A stretch of 64,000 nt of DNA from an uncultured delta proteobacterium (GCA_963812015.1 CAWETI010000003.1:1504001-1568000), one strand, 5' to 3'. Numbered from the stretch's first letter, positions 48,115 through 57,183 are shown. Notes: generated by a model from the sequence alone, not told the origin. Numbers and translations are program-made.

Positions 48115-49482
48115 TTAGCGCGTTAGCCAGCGGTCGTTGCGGACGGTGATGAAGGCGTATGGCTGCACCCAGTTGAGGGCGAAGAAGGCGAAGTAGGAGT
48201 AAATGATCCCGTAGACGAAATCCATGTCCCGTTCCTGGTGGATATAGTAGTACATCCACACCAGGGTGAAGATCCCCAACCCGGCGAAAAACTTCATGAT
48301 GACGATGGGATAGAGATAGAAGGAGATGAGCAGCATGCCCAGGAAGAGGTAGGTCAAGGGAAACTCGATCTGGGTCATGAAAAAGTCGATAATGGGCAGC
48401 AGCCGGTGTTTGGCCCGGTATTTGCTGAAGATGAACTTAAGCTGGACCCAGTTTTCCCGGAAATTGCTGCGGTCCCAGCGGAGGTACATGCGGCACAGGC
48501 CCCGGTAGGATTCGGGCACCAGGGTGTGGACGACGGCGCTGCGCTGGTAGGAGGTATAGTAGCCCTGGCGCAGGACGAAGTTGGTCAGGGCCCGGTCTTC
48601 GCCGATGTTGGCCGGCAGGCCCATGAAGGTCTGGGTGCGCCACTCCTTCAAGACGGGTTTAAGGGCCTTGGCCCGGTAGGCCGACAGGGCCCCGGGGGTG
48701 CAGGTGACGCAGCCGTACTTGCTTTGTGAGGCCCTGAGAAAATCGAAGGCCAGGACGAAGCGCACGGCCAGCATCCGGGCCATGACACAGCGCCCGCGGT
48801 TGTAGACCTTGACGTTGCCCGCCACTGCGCCGATCTGAGCATCATTGAGCATGGGGGCGATGACCTGCTTCACGGTATCGGGGGAAATCACGCTGTCGGA
48901 GTCGATGGTGACGAAGTACTCCCCTTTGCCCCGGATGAAGCCGGCGTACAGGCCTTCCTTCTTGCCCCGGTTTTTGGGGAAGCGGATGGCCTTGATCAGC
49001 TTGGGGTAGCGTTGCCGGGCCCGGTCAATGTAAGACCAGGTATCGTCCTTGGAACCGTCGTCGATGCAGATAATCTCCAGCCGGTCGGCGGGGTAGTCCG
49101 AGGCGACCGCGGCGTAAATGGCCTTCTCCACCATGGCCCCTTCGTTATAAGCCGGGATGATGACGGTGACCCGGGGCAGGGGGCCCGGCGGCAGGGGATA
49201 AGGTTTATACCGTAACCAGAGCACGGTGCGCACCAGCTGAAAGGCCAGGTAGGCCAGGGTGAAGCCGGCGCCCAGGGCCATCAGGGGAGACCCGAAGCTC
49301 TGGCGGCTCAGCAGTTGCAAATAGCCGTTAAAGGAGCCCACTTTCAGGGAAATAATCAAAGAGAGCGACAGGATTAACGGTACCAGGATCTTAAGGGTCA
49401 GGTCCAAAATCTGTATCCGCTGTTCCTCTTTGGAGCGCCATTTCACCTGGGTCCAGGGAAAAGCAGAGGTCGTGGTTCGCAT
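48115..49482 (-). CDS. Processive GT2 glycosyltransferase (hyaluronan synthase/NodC-like)
   Basis: IPAYNE, DDGS.D, GKK, DSDS, TC.PG.LSAYR, GEDRALT, LRWDRS; C-terminal TMs. Confidence 0.88.
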   Translation of the reverse strand: MRTTTSAFPWTQVKWRSKEEQRIQILDLTLKILVPLILSLSLIISLKVGSFNGYLQLLSRQSFGSPLMALGAGFTLAYLAFQLVRTVLWLRYKPYPLPPGPLPRVTVIIPAYNEGAMVEKAIYAAVASDYPADRLEIICIDDGSKDDTWSYIDRARQRYPKLIKAIRFPKNRGKKEGLYAGFIRGKGEYFVTIDSDSVISPDTVKQVIAPMLNDAQIGAVAGNVKVYNRGRCVMARMLAVRFVLAFDFLRASQSKYGCVTCTPGALSAYRAKALKPVLKEWRTQTFMGLPANIGEDRALTNFVLRQGYYTSYQRSAVVHTLVPESYRGLCRMYLRWDRSNFRENWVQLKFIFSKYRAKHRLLPIIDFFMTQIEFPLTYLFLGMLLISFYLYPIVIMKFFAGLGIFTLVWMYYYIHQERDMDFVYGIIYSYFAFFALNWVQPYAFITVRNDRWLTR

Positions 49483-49532
49483 ATAGGTCGGTTCCTCGCA
49501 TTCAGGTCAAAATCAAACTAACGCTTAGCTTA

Positions 49533-49548
49533 TGCAATTGGCTTGCCA
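49533..49548 (-). promoter_or_regulatory. Sigma54 (-24/-12) promoter of the GT2 gene
   Basis: Minus strand reads TGGCAAGCCAATTGCA (GG-N10-GC), about 50 nt upstream of the ATG. Confidence 0.7.
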
Positions 49549-49913
49549 AGCCATTCAAAAATCCTGAAATAAATCTAGCTGAATTACTTGGTAAATTTAC
49601 TTGGGCCACAGGTTATCCCCGGGGGTGATCCAGGAAAATTCTCTCCTTGAGAGAACGGACCGGAACGTTGATAAAAAATTCTCAAATTGAGAAAGTTACT
49701 GTATCCGCTGGGTGGTTTGGACGCCTCATCCCGGGGGCAGAAGACCGGAGGAGTACCCCCGACGAAAAAATATGCGAAATATTTTGCTTCCGGAGAGATG
49801 AGGCGGAGTTCACATTTTCGGCATCTTGTGGTAAGTAAGACAGGTAAGATTATTTTTCGAGCGTTGGCAAGTTGGCCCGTTAACCAGAGTTCTCAACCCA
49901 TAGGAAAGACGGC

Positions 49914-51353
49914 ATGGAGGCAACGGAGAAACCCGCAGGGGTAGAGATGAAGGCAGGGCTAAAACTCTGTCAATTGGGGCAGGAGGTGAGTGTGCCCGCC
50001 GGCACGCGCATCGTCGATCAGGGTGGGGCCCCGGAATTTTTCTATGTCATTCAATCCGGCCGGGTCCGCGTCTTCCGGGAGTCCGAAGACCTGATTCGCA
50101 CCAATTTAACCGAGTTGGGCGCCGGGGCCTATTTTGGGGAGGTGGCCCTGGTCACGGGGCAACCCCGCAGCGCCTCGGTGGAGGCCGCGGAAGACTCAAT
50201 CCTCATCAAGGTTTCCAAGGAGGAATTCGACCGCCTGTTGGATCAGAATCCCCAGCTGGCCCGTCACATCATCCAGCAGTTGGCCGGTTGGTTGGTGGCC
50301 GGGGACCGCCGCCTGGAAACCGAAGTGGTGCACCAGGTCAAGCTGCGTCAGGTCTCCTGGTTTGATTATGTGCTGATGCTGGGCTTGAGCCTCGTTCTCT
50401 CCCTGGTCGTCAATATTTACAACGACAACCGGATTCCCCTGATTCACGGTTGGGGCGAAAAAAACGACATTCCCGAAATTACTCTCAGCCAGGCCCAGGA
50501 TTTGTACAAGAAGAACGCAGCCATTTTCATTGATGCCAGAAAAAGCGCCTTTTATAACCAGGAACACATCCAGGGCGCCCAGAACCTGCCGGAGATCTTG
50601 TTCGATATTATGTTCCCCATGTTCCAGTTCTCGGTGACCCAGATGGAGGGCGCCAAGGACAAAACCTTGATCGTTTACGGCGGCACCTTCAGCCGGCGTA
50701 TGGATCTCGATCTGGCCCGCATGCTCATCCATAAAGGTATGGGGCATGTGGAGGTACTCAAAGATTACACCGGATGGGGAAAGGCTTTTCCCTTAAAAGG
50801 ACAAGAGCCCAAGGAAGCCGCCAGCCTACCATTGGGTCTGCCGGGCTATCTTGAATGGATTCCGGTGATCATCTTTGGGCTGATCTTAATTCCGCCCCTC
50901 TGGCGCAGCCCTTATCTATCGGTGTTTTGCCGGCTGTTGTTGGGCGCCATCTTCGTTTCCTTCGCCTTGAGCAAAATCATGCGGCCGGCGGTCTTCGCTT
51001 TGAACGTGGTGGATTACGGCATGATGCCCGCCTTCGGAGTGAACCTGTGGTCCCTGGCCCTGCCCTGGGCCGAACTGGTCGTCGGGTTGTTCCTGATCCT
51101 GGGTATTCGCACCCGGGCCGCGGCTACGCTGATCGCCGCCATGAACGTCATCTTTATTGTGGGGCTGGTCAATGCCATTCTGCACCATATGCCCATTAAC
51201 TGCGGGTGTGTGGGCGAAGTGGGTGAACCGGTGAACTGGTTGAAAGTTATGAAGAATACCGCGATGCTGGTCATGTGCATCCAAATCTTCCTCTACGATC
51301 GGTTTTTGGTGTTGGATCGGGGAGGATTTATTTTGCGGGATAGAAAGATATGA
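49914..51353 (+). CDS. Membrane fusion of cNMP-binding, rhodanese-like and MauE/DoxX domains
   Basis: FGEVAL...PRSASV cNMP cassette; IFIDAR...EHIQGAQNLP; R..LG..F...A.SK, LPWAEL..G, INCGC. Confidence 0.85.
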   Translation: MEATEKPAGVEMKAGLKLCQLGQEVSVPAGTRIVDQGGAPEFFYVIQSGRVRVFRESEDLIRTNLTELGAGAYFGEVALVTGQPRSASVEAAEDSILIKVSKEEFDRLLDQNPQLARHIIQQLAGWLVAGDRRLETEVVHQVKLRQVSWFDYVLMLGLSLVLSLVVNIYNDNRIPLIHGWGEKNDIPEITLSQAQDLYKKNAAIFIDARKSAFYNQEHIQGAQNLPEILFDIMFPMFQFSVTQMEGAKDKTLIVYGGTFSRRMDLDLARMLIHKGMGHVEVLKDYTGWGKAFPLKGQEPKEAASLPLGLPGYLEWIPVIIFGLILIPPLWRSPYLSVFCRLLLGAIFVSFALSKIMRPAVFALNVVDYGMMPAFGVNLWSLALPWAELVVGLFLILGIRTRAAATLIAAMNVIFIVGLVNAILHHMPINCGCVGEVGEPVNWLKVMKNTAMLVMCIQIFLYDRFLVLDRGGFILRDRKI

Positions 51354-51727
51354 AGAAAAACCTTATAAAATTGGCCGTGGTCCTGGGTTTGATCATGTTC
51401 GGCCTGGTTTTGGGAGGCTGTGGGGAGTCTCGATCCCAATTTGCCGGGTCGTATAGATCCGTGGAGCCCTTCGCGGGAAAAAATTTCGTTGATCTTACCC
51501 TCCAAGACAGTGGCAAGGGGAGCTGGGCGCTGGCGGGTAAAACCGTTGAGTTCACCTGGGTGGTGAATGATGGCAAGATTTGGATTTATACCAAACAGGG
51601 CGCCATCCTCATTGTCACCCCCAGTGAGGGTGGAAAAATATTGTCGGCGGATATAAGCGGCGATTGGCACCCCGGTTGTCCCGCCGGTTCTTGCGTGGTC
51701 TTTAAGCGGGTCGCGGAAGGAGGGTAA
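51350..51727 (+). CDS. Hypothetical lipoprotein
   Basis: Lipobox LGGC; ATGA overlap with the upstream gene; C-terminal CPAGSC. Confidence 0.75.
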   Translation: MKKNLIKLAVVLGLIMFGLVLGGCGESRSQFAGSYRSVEPFAGKNFVDLTLQDSGKGSWALAGKTVEFTWVVNDGKIWIYTKQGAILIVTPSEGGKILSADISGDWHPGCPAGSCVVFKRVAEGG

Positions 51728-51749
51728 CAGCATTATTTGTCTGAAGATT

Positions 51750-52955
51750 TTGACCGAAAAACCGGGCAGAATCCTGATTCGACTGCTCGTGGTGTTGGTT
51801 TGCCTTTCCCAACCGGCCTGGGGGGCCGGCGACGCCGTGGAAGTGCGCCGCCTGGGGTTAAGCAAGGTGGGGGAGAATACCCTCCTCACCGTGGTCCTGG
51901 ACCGGGCGGCGACCCCTCAGGTGACTTTTCGGGGCGTGTCGGGTAAACCACAACTGATCGTGGAATTTCCCGGGGCGCGTTCCGGGAGGCTTCCCAGCCA
52001 CCTGGAGGGCGATGAGCTGATGGTCCAGCAGGTTCTCACCGAAACCGTCTCCCCCGGGGGCGGGGTGCGCATCATCCTGGACCTCTTCCCCGAGAAACCC
52101 TACTCCTACTGGAAGCAGATTCGGCCCGGCAAAGGGGGGCAGTCATTTTTCATCTTGGGGGTAAAGCCCGACCTCAAGGCGCTCCCGGTCCAGGCGAAAG
52201 TCATCCCATCCTCGGAACCGGAGCCCGCCCCCGGAGCGCCGGAGCCCAGTGGGGGAGTTCGAGAGAATGATTTGGCGCCTGCGGCGCCGGAGGCGGCAGA
52301 CGAAGGGGGCGGCTATACGGAACCCCAGGGCAGCGTGGCCCCCGGCAGTTTTGCCGAGGTGCGCCGTTTGATGCCCAAGGCCGCCCAGTTGCTGCAAAGT
52401 CTGGAAACCGATGGCTGGACCGTGTCCGAGTCCAATCGGTACGATCGCCCGGGGCGGCGCTTGAGCCGCGATTTCATCCTCACCAACCGCAAGTATCCGG
52501 AATTGTCGGTGAAGATCGCCTACCTGCCGGCCAACCTCCCCAACACGCCCAACATCGGCATCATCATGTTGACCACGGACAATCTCCCCAGCGAGGCCGC
52601 CAAAGAATACCAGGGCTTGCGGCAGTGGAGTTTCGCCAAGATTAAGCAGAAATACGAAGATATCGGCGATTTCTTTGACGATGCCTTAAAACCCTTACGG
52701 GTGAAGTTGCGCGAGGAGACCAAGAGCATAGCCTTGCGCAACCCCGCGGTGTTCCAAAACTTCTTGAAGCTCTCCTGTCCGGACAATCCCCAGGTGGCGG
52801 ATCAGGTGATGAAGCTCGTGCAGCAGAAGGTCAGCCCCCGGTTTGAAGGGGTGCAGTACACCGTGTCGGAAAAGCCTCTGGTAATCTTGAATCTGGTGGA
52901 TTTTCTCTACGTGAAGGTCTATTTCCTGGATGCATCTCAAGGAGGAAGTTCATGA
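51750..52955 (+). CDS. Secreted hypothetical protein (AMIN-like N-domain, Pro-rich linker)
   Basis: Signal peptide ending AWG; PQLIVEFPGA and GVRIILDL AMIN-like strands. Confidence 0.65.
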   Translation: MTEKPGRILIRLLVVLVCLSQPAWGAGDAVEVRRLGLSKVGENTLLTVVLDRAATPQVTFRGVSGKPQLIVEFPGARSGRLPSHLEGDELMVQQVLTETVSPGGGVRIILDLFPEKPYSYWKQIRPGKGGQSFFILGVKPDLKALPVQAKVIPSSEPEPAPGAPEPSGGVRENDLAPAAPEAADEGGGYTEPQGSVAPGSFAEVRRLMPKAAQLLQSLETDGWTVSESNRYDRPGRRLSRDFILTNRKYPELSVKIAYLPANLPNTPNIGIIMLTTDNLPSEAAKEYQGLRQWSFAKIKQKYEDIGDFFDDALKPLRVKLREETKSIALRNPAVFQNFLKLSCPDNPQVADQVMKLVQQKVSPRFEGVQYTVSEKPLVILNLVDFLYVKVYFLDASQGGSS

Positions 52956-53176
52956 CCAAGGAGATCACCATCTTCGGCAAGCAGACCTGACCTTTTACCC
53001 TAAAGGCCCGGGAGGCTAAGACCAAAGAGGGGTTGACGGTCATTTATCGGGATGTCAAAGAGGACGCCCAGGCCCTGGAAGAGATGCTGCGGCTCACCCA
53101 GGGCAACCGGCGGGTGCCGGTCATGGTGGAGAATGACCAAATCAGCATCGGCTTTGGGGGCTCCTGAAGGGTATGA
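52952..53176 (+). CDS. UXX-star-type glutaredoxin-like selenoprotein, 74 aa, two Sec (U13, U72)
   Basis: GGAGG RBS; MTKEITIFGKQT-U-PFTLKARE...EEMLRLTQGNRRVPVMVENDQISIGFGGS-U-RV*; UGA at 52988 and 53165. Confidence 0.88.
52991..53030 (+). promoter_or_regulatory. Putative bacterial SECIS for U13
   Basis: Lower stem cctttt/aagagg, upper stem ggcc-cggga-ggct; G-containing loop starts 18 nt after the UGA. Confidence 0.6.
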
Positions 53177-53180
53177 ACCA

Positions 53181-53195
53181 CCCGCAGGTTGCGGG
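53181..53195 (+). promoter_or_regulatory. Putative SECIS for U72, in the 3' UTR
   Basis: cccgca-ggt-tgcggg; loop starts 19 nt after UGA 53165-53167. Confidence 0.65.
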
Positions 53196-53933
53196 ATTTG
53201 AGGATTGACTCGGAAGGCCAGGCCGGCGACTCAAGGTCAACGACCCGGCCTTTCCCCGTTTCGTGACATCACTTAACCTGGGCCGACCTTAAGGGCGGCA
53301 CGCCTTCAGCCCTGGGGCTATAATCAACCGCCACGTCTGCCTACCCCCTTGAGCCACCCTATCGCCACCTCAGAGCAGTTGCCAGACTGACCCTTCCCAC
53401 CGTTTCATGCCGCTTTTTGTAGGGACGCACCCACAGGTGCCCCCAGGTTCAATGCGTTCATTTTTAACTGCACCCCCGTATAACTTCCGCCGCGCCCGAG
53501 AAAGGCCTGGCCCCTGCCGGCCTGATCTGTCGCCGGCCGGGGCGGCTTAATCTAAAATATCTATAAACCCGAATGGTTATATGAAATCGTTTAACTTCCT
53601 GGGAATAAATGACGAATAAAAACCTGGGAAGGAGGGAAGGAGGAAGGTTCGCCTCGGAGAAGTGGAGGAAAGCAGATTAATTAAATATGGATAATTATTC
53701 GAAATAATTAATAAAAATATCACAATGTGCGCAGCCCCCAGAATAACTTAGGGTTGTGATAAAAACCCCCCACTTCAGATGAGAAAAGGCGATAAAAATG
53801 CATTAGGCACCCACTTATCTAAAATATTATCCACAAAACCTCAGGCGGTCGCCATTGCGAATAATAGAACAATTACTAAAAACTAAAAATGACTGAAAAA
53901 CCAGTAGGTTAAATGAATTAGAAAAAAATTCTC

Positions 53934-53963
53934 TTGACAAGGCATATTTCCTTGGGGTATAGG
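53934..53963 (+). promoter_or_regulatory. Putative sigma70 promoter with A-rich UP element
   Basis: Perfect TTGACA, 18-nt spacer, TATAGG; preceded by gaaaaaaatt. Confidence 0.5.
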
Positions 53964-53980
53964 TAACCAACAATTACATA

Positions 53981-54140
53981 AGCCCACATGGGTGTGCGGC
54001 AGATAGTGTACTTCACCATTGGATTGATGGGGATGGGAGCCTGAAACCGGACGGCCGCTGATGCCGGGGGAACGTTTCCTCCGGGTGCAACGGCTCGAGG
54101 CTGAAGGCGAAAAAGAACTATCGAAGCGATCCCGGGGCCA
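53981..54140 (+). ncRNA. 6S RNA-like rod-shaped ncRNA
   Basis: Nested pairings gccc/gggc, ggg/ccc, gatagt/actatc, cttca/tgaag, gagcc/ggctc, accgga/tccgggt around a central bubble; ggtgtgcg and gggagcc 6S-like motifs. Confidence 0.55.
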
Positions 54141-54228
54141 AGGCCCTACCAGTTTCCTGGCAATACCTGTCTCACTAGTCCCCAACCATCCGTAAGATTT
54201 CTAGGGCGTCCCAAAGCGAGGGAGAACC

Positions 54229-54597
54229 ATGAGAAAAAAGGCGATGGTGGTATTTTGTCTCTTAGGGATGGGGATGTTTGCCTGTCCTCGACCTACCTTG
54301 TGCGTGACCATGACGATAGTTTCGGTAACGGCCTATCATCATTGCCCCGGCAGCAAAGGCATTACGTCTTCGGGGCGCCGGGTCCAAACCGGCATGATCG
54401 CCCTCAGCCGGGATTTGGAGCGGAACTTGAATATGGAGTTTGGCGATAAGGTATTACTCCACGGCATGGGAGTCTTTGAGTTTCAAGACCGCATGGCTCC
54501 CCGGTGGAACAAAAAGGTAGACGTCTACCTGGATTGCCAGGCGAAAGCCAGGCGCTTCGGAATGAAACACTACGTAGTCCTGGTCAAGCTGGTCTGA
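54229..54597 (+). CDS. 3D-domain (MltA/Sps-like) cell-wall protein
   Basis: VTAY, GITSSG, IALSRD, FGDKV, QDRM, VDVY, A.RFG motifs. Confidence 0.85.
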   Translation: MRKKAMVVFCLLGMGMFACPRPTLCVTMTIVSVTAYHHCPGSKGITSSGRRVQTGMIALSRDLERNLNMEFGDKVLLHGMGVFEFQDRMAPRWNKKVDVYLDCQAKARRFGMKHYVVLVKLV

Positions 54598-54606
54598 GAC
54601 GCCGCT

Positions 54607-55167
54607 TTACTTAACCCGCTCGATATAGCTGCCGGTGCGGGTATCCACCTTCACCCGTTCACCTTCGCTGATGAACAGAGGCACCTGGATAGTCACCCCG
54701 CTTTCCAGGGTGGCAGGCTTGGTGCCGCCCGCGGCGGTATCGCCTTTCATCCCGGGTTCGGCCTGGACCACCTCCAGCTCCACAAAGAGGGGCACCTCCA
54801 CCCCCACCGGCTGCTGGTTGAAAAACAGGATCTTCACGTCCAAATTATCCGTTAAGTAGAAACGTGCCTCCCCCACCTGGTCCTCGGTCAGCATGATCTG
54901 TTCATAGTTCTCATTGTCCATCATGCAGAACCTGTCCCCCTCCCGGTAGAGATATTGCATCTCACGTTCCACGAGGTCCGGACGCTTCGCTTTCTCGCCG
55001 GAACGAAAGGTTTGATCCAACACCTTCCCGGTGAGCAGGCTCTTCAGCTTAGTGCGCACAAAGGCCCCGCCTTTGCCCGGCTTGACGTGTTGAAAGTCCA
55101 CGATGGTGTAAGGCACGCCGTCCAGTTCGATCTTTACACCCTTTTTAAATTCTGCCGTAGAAATCAT
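54607..55167 (-). CDS. efp: Elongation factor P
   Basis: HVKPGKGGAFVRTKLK, GDTA.GG.KPATLE, VPLFI. Confidence 0.97.
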   Translation of the reverse strand: MISTAEFKKGVKIELDGVPYTIVDFQHVKPGKGGAFVRTKLKSLLTGKVLDQTFRSGEKAKRPDLVEREMQYLYREGDRFCMMDNENYEQIMLTEDQVGEARFYLTDNLDVKILFFNQQPVGVEVPLFVELEVVQAEPGMKGDTAAGGTKPATLESGVTIQVPLFISEGERVKVDTRTGSYIERVK

Positions 55168-55306
55168 AAGTTAAGTACCCTTTTTTGCGTGAGTTAAGGA
55201 GAATCGAGGCCTGTACCCCGGAAGCCCGGGGCTTGCCGCCCGGGCGGTCAGGAGGCCTCAAGAATATCCCGGAAATAACGTCAAGATGTCCTGAACGGGC
55301 AGAGGC

Positions 55307-55780
55307 TCATTCGTGTTGGGGGCCGGCTCCCTTCTTCCCAGATTCTTCCGCAGGTGGGCTGACCCAGTTGGATTTTCCGACTTGTCGTGCAGAAATGGCG
55401 TTGACCTTGGCCGGAGGCGCCGCCTCGCCTTTCCCGGACAGTTCGGCCCTTGAGGCCGGTTTATCCGGGGTGAATTGAAAGATGATTTCGTTCTTCTTGA
55501 CGAAATTGAGTTCCTGCCGGATGAGGTCCTGGATAAATGGCGGGTCGTGTTGCAGGCGGTCGATGGTGCGGGCCAGCCGGGCATTCTCCGCAGCCAGCCG
55601 GGCGTTCTCTTGCTCCAGCCGGACCCGCTCGTGCCCGAAGCGATAAACATAATACAAGCCCCGGTGGCTGAACAGGATTACCACCGCCATAACCGCTGCC
55701 ACGGTCAGGGCGATCCCCCCCAGGAACTTGTAGCCCCCTCCCACCTTCTGGGTTTCAACCGACACACTCGGTGAAGTCAT
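55307..55780 (-). CDS. ftsB: Septum formation initiator FtsB/DivIC
   Basis: TM segment, coiled coil, L..DP.FI..LIRQELNFVK.NEIIF. Confidence 0.8.
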   Translation of the reverse strand: MTSPSVSVETQKVGGGYKFLGGIALTVAAVMAVVILFSHRGLYYVYRFGHERVRLEQENARLAAENARLARTIDRLQHDPPFIQDLIRQELNFVKKNEIIFQFTPDKPASRAELSGKGEAAPPAKVNAISARQVGKSNWVSPPAEESGKKGAGPQHE

Positions 55781-56121
55781 AGCTCCCCCCGCAAGACTTC
55801 TAAGCATAATTTTGCCTGAAAGACTATACAGATGCAAGCAAATTGCACCTATGGTACCTCAAAAATGTGAAAAAAATCCGGCGCCAGGCGCAAGATTTTC
55901 AGCCGGGGAGACAAATATCCCCTGAGGAGGTATCCCACCCCTGGATAGCTCATCCCCTGCATTGACCCCCTCTGATATTTTCCCCGCTCCCGTAAGGTTT
56001 GGATGAGGGCTCCCGGGTGCGGTGATTCCCGTCTCCGGGGCGATTACCGTTCCCCGGCGTGCGCTATTGACAAGGTATAGGAAACATAATAGGGTTTAGG
56101 CAAACATCCCTGGAGGAGACC

Positions 56122-57183
56122 ATGCTTGGTCTTACCCCCCTGGCTGCCACCGGCATCGGATCGGTGCCCTTCACCGACCCTGAAGAAACCGTGGCCCTTA
56201 TTTTAGAAACGCTGCCCCAGATACCCTACTGGCCCCAGATGGTCCAGTTGGGATATCTCGAGGAGATGGCGGCTCAGGCGGCCCGCGGGCTTCCCGCTTT
56301 ACAAGTCGATGTCGCCAACCGCACTGTGCGGATGGACCCTGACCTGCCCCGGGATGAGGCCCTGGCCAAATTTTATGAGGTCGTGCTGTCTGGCGATCTG
56401 GCTCCCTTTGCCTTTGAGGAGCAGGACGCTCGGGGGTTTTTCGGTCTTCTCCAGACGGTGGCCTCCCGGGGGTGCCCCGGGACGGCCCTCAAAGGCCAGT
56501 TGTCCGGGCCGGTGACCTTTGCCGGCGTCATCAAGGACGCCGAAGGCAAACCGATCCTCTATGACCGGGAGCTAACCCAGGCCGTGTGCGCCGGCCTGGC
56601 CCGCAAGGTGGCCTGGCAGGCCGAGCAATTCCGCCGTTTAGGAAAAGAGCCCATCGTCTTCCTGGATGAACCCTACCTCACGGGGTTCGGCTCGGCTTAT
56701 CTGCCCCTCTCGAAAGCTGAGGTGACCGAAATCTTGACCCAAACCCTGGAAGAGGCCCGGGAGGCCGCCGCCGGCCCCGTCACTCTGGGGGTCCATTGCT
56801 GCGGCAACACCGACTGGTCCCTGTTGCTCAATGCCCCCATTGACGTCCTCAGCTTTGATTCCTACGGCTATTTTGAGAGCCTCCGTCTCTATGCCCAGGG
56901 GATGTCGGACTACCTGGCCCGGGGTGGCTGGCTGGCCTGGGGTTTGGTCCCCACCAATGAGGACTTCCAGCCTGAAACCCCGGACAGCTTGTGGCAGCGT
57001 TTCCAGACCCAGGTCGCCCAGTTGGCTGAGGACGTGCACTGGGACCCAAAGCAGATCCTGTCACAGTCACTCCTGACTCCGGCTTGCGGCACGGGCTACA
57101 TGAGCCGGGAAGACGCCCGGGGGGTGCTGACCACCCTGGCGGCATTGCACGCCCGGGGACAGGAGTGGCTGGCGGCCCTCTAG
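56122..57183 (+). CDS. Core (folate-independent, MesB-like) methionine synthase family protein
   Basis: ATGIGSVP, PYWPQ, KGQLSGPVT, FLDEP, GVHCCGNTDW, AWGLVPT, LLTPACG. Confidence 0.75.
   Translation: MLGLTPLAATGIGSVPFTDPEETVALILETLPQIPYWPQMVQLGYLEEMAAQAARGLPALQVDVANRTVRMDPDLPRDEALAKFYEVVLSGDLAPFAFEEQDARGFFGLLQTVASRGCPGTALKGQLSGPVTFAGVIKDAEGKPILYDRELTQAVCAGLARKVAWQAEQFRRLGKEPIVFLDEPYLTGFGSAYLPLSKAEVTEILTQTLEEAREAAAGPVTLGVHCCGNTDWSLLLNAPIDVLSFDSYGYFESLRLYAQGMSDYLARGGWLAWGLVPTNEDFQPETPDSLWQRFQTQVAQLAEDVHWDPKQILSQSLLTPACGTGYMSREDARGVLTTLAALHARGQEWLAAL

Noticed and set aside
52952..53176. Interpretation as a pseudogene with nonsense mutations
   Set aside because: Both internal stops are UGA at redox-motif positions with SECIS-like hairpins at matching spacing
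54030..54200. c-di-AMP (ydaO) riboswitch upstream of the 3D-domain gene
   Set aside because: The context fits and gggggaac is suggestive, but the conserved 3' CCCGxCAGCUAAC segment is missing; a rod-like fold explains the pairing better
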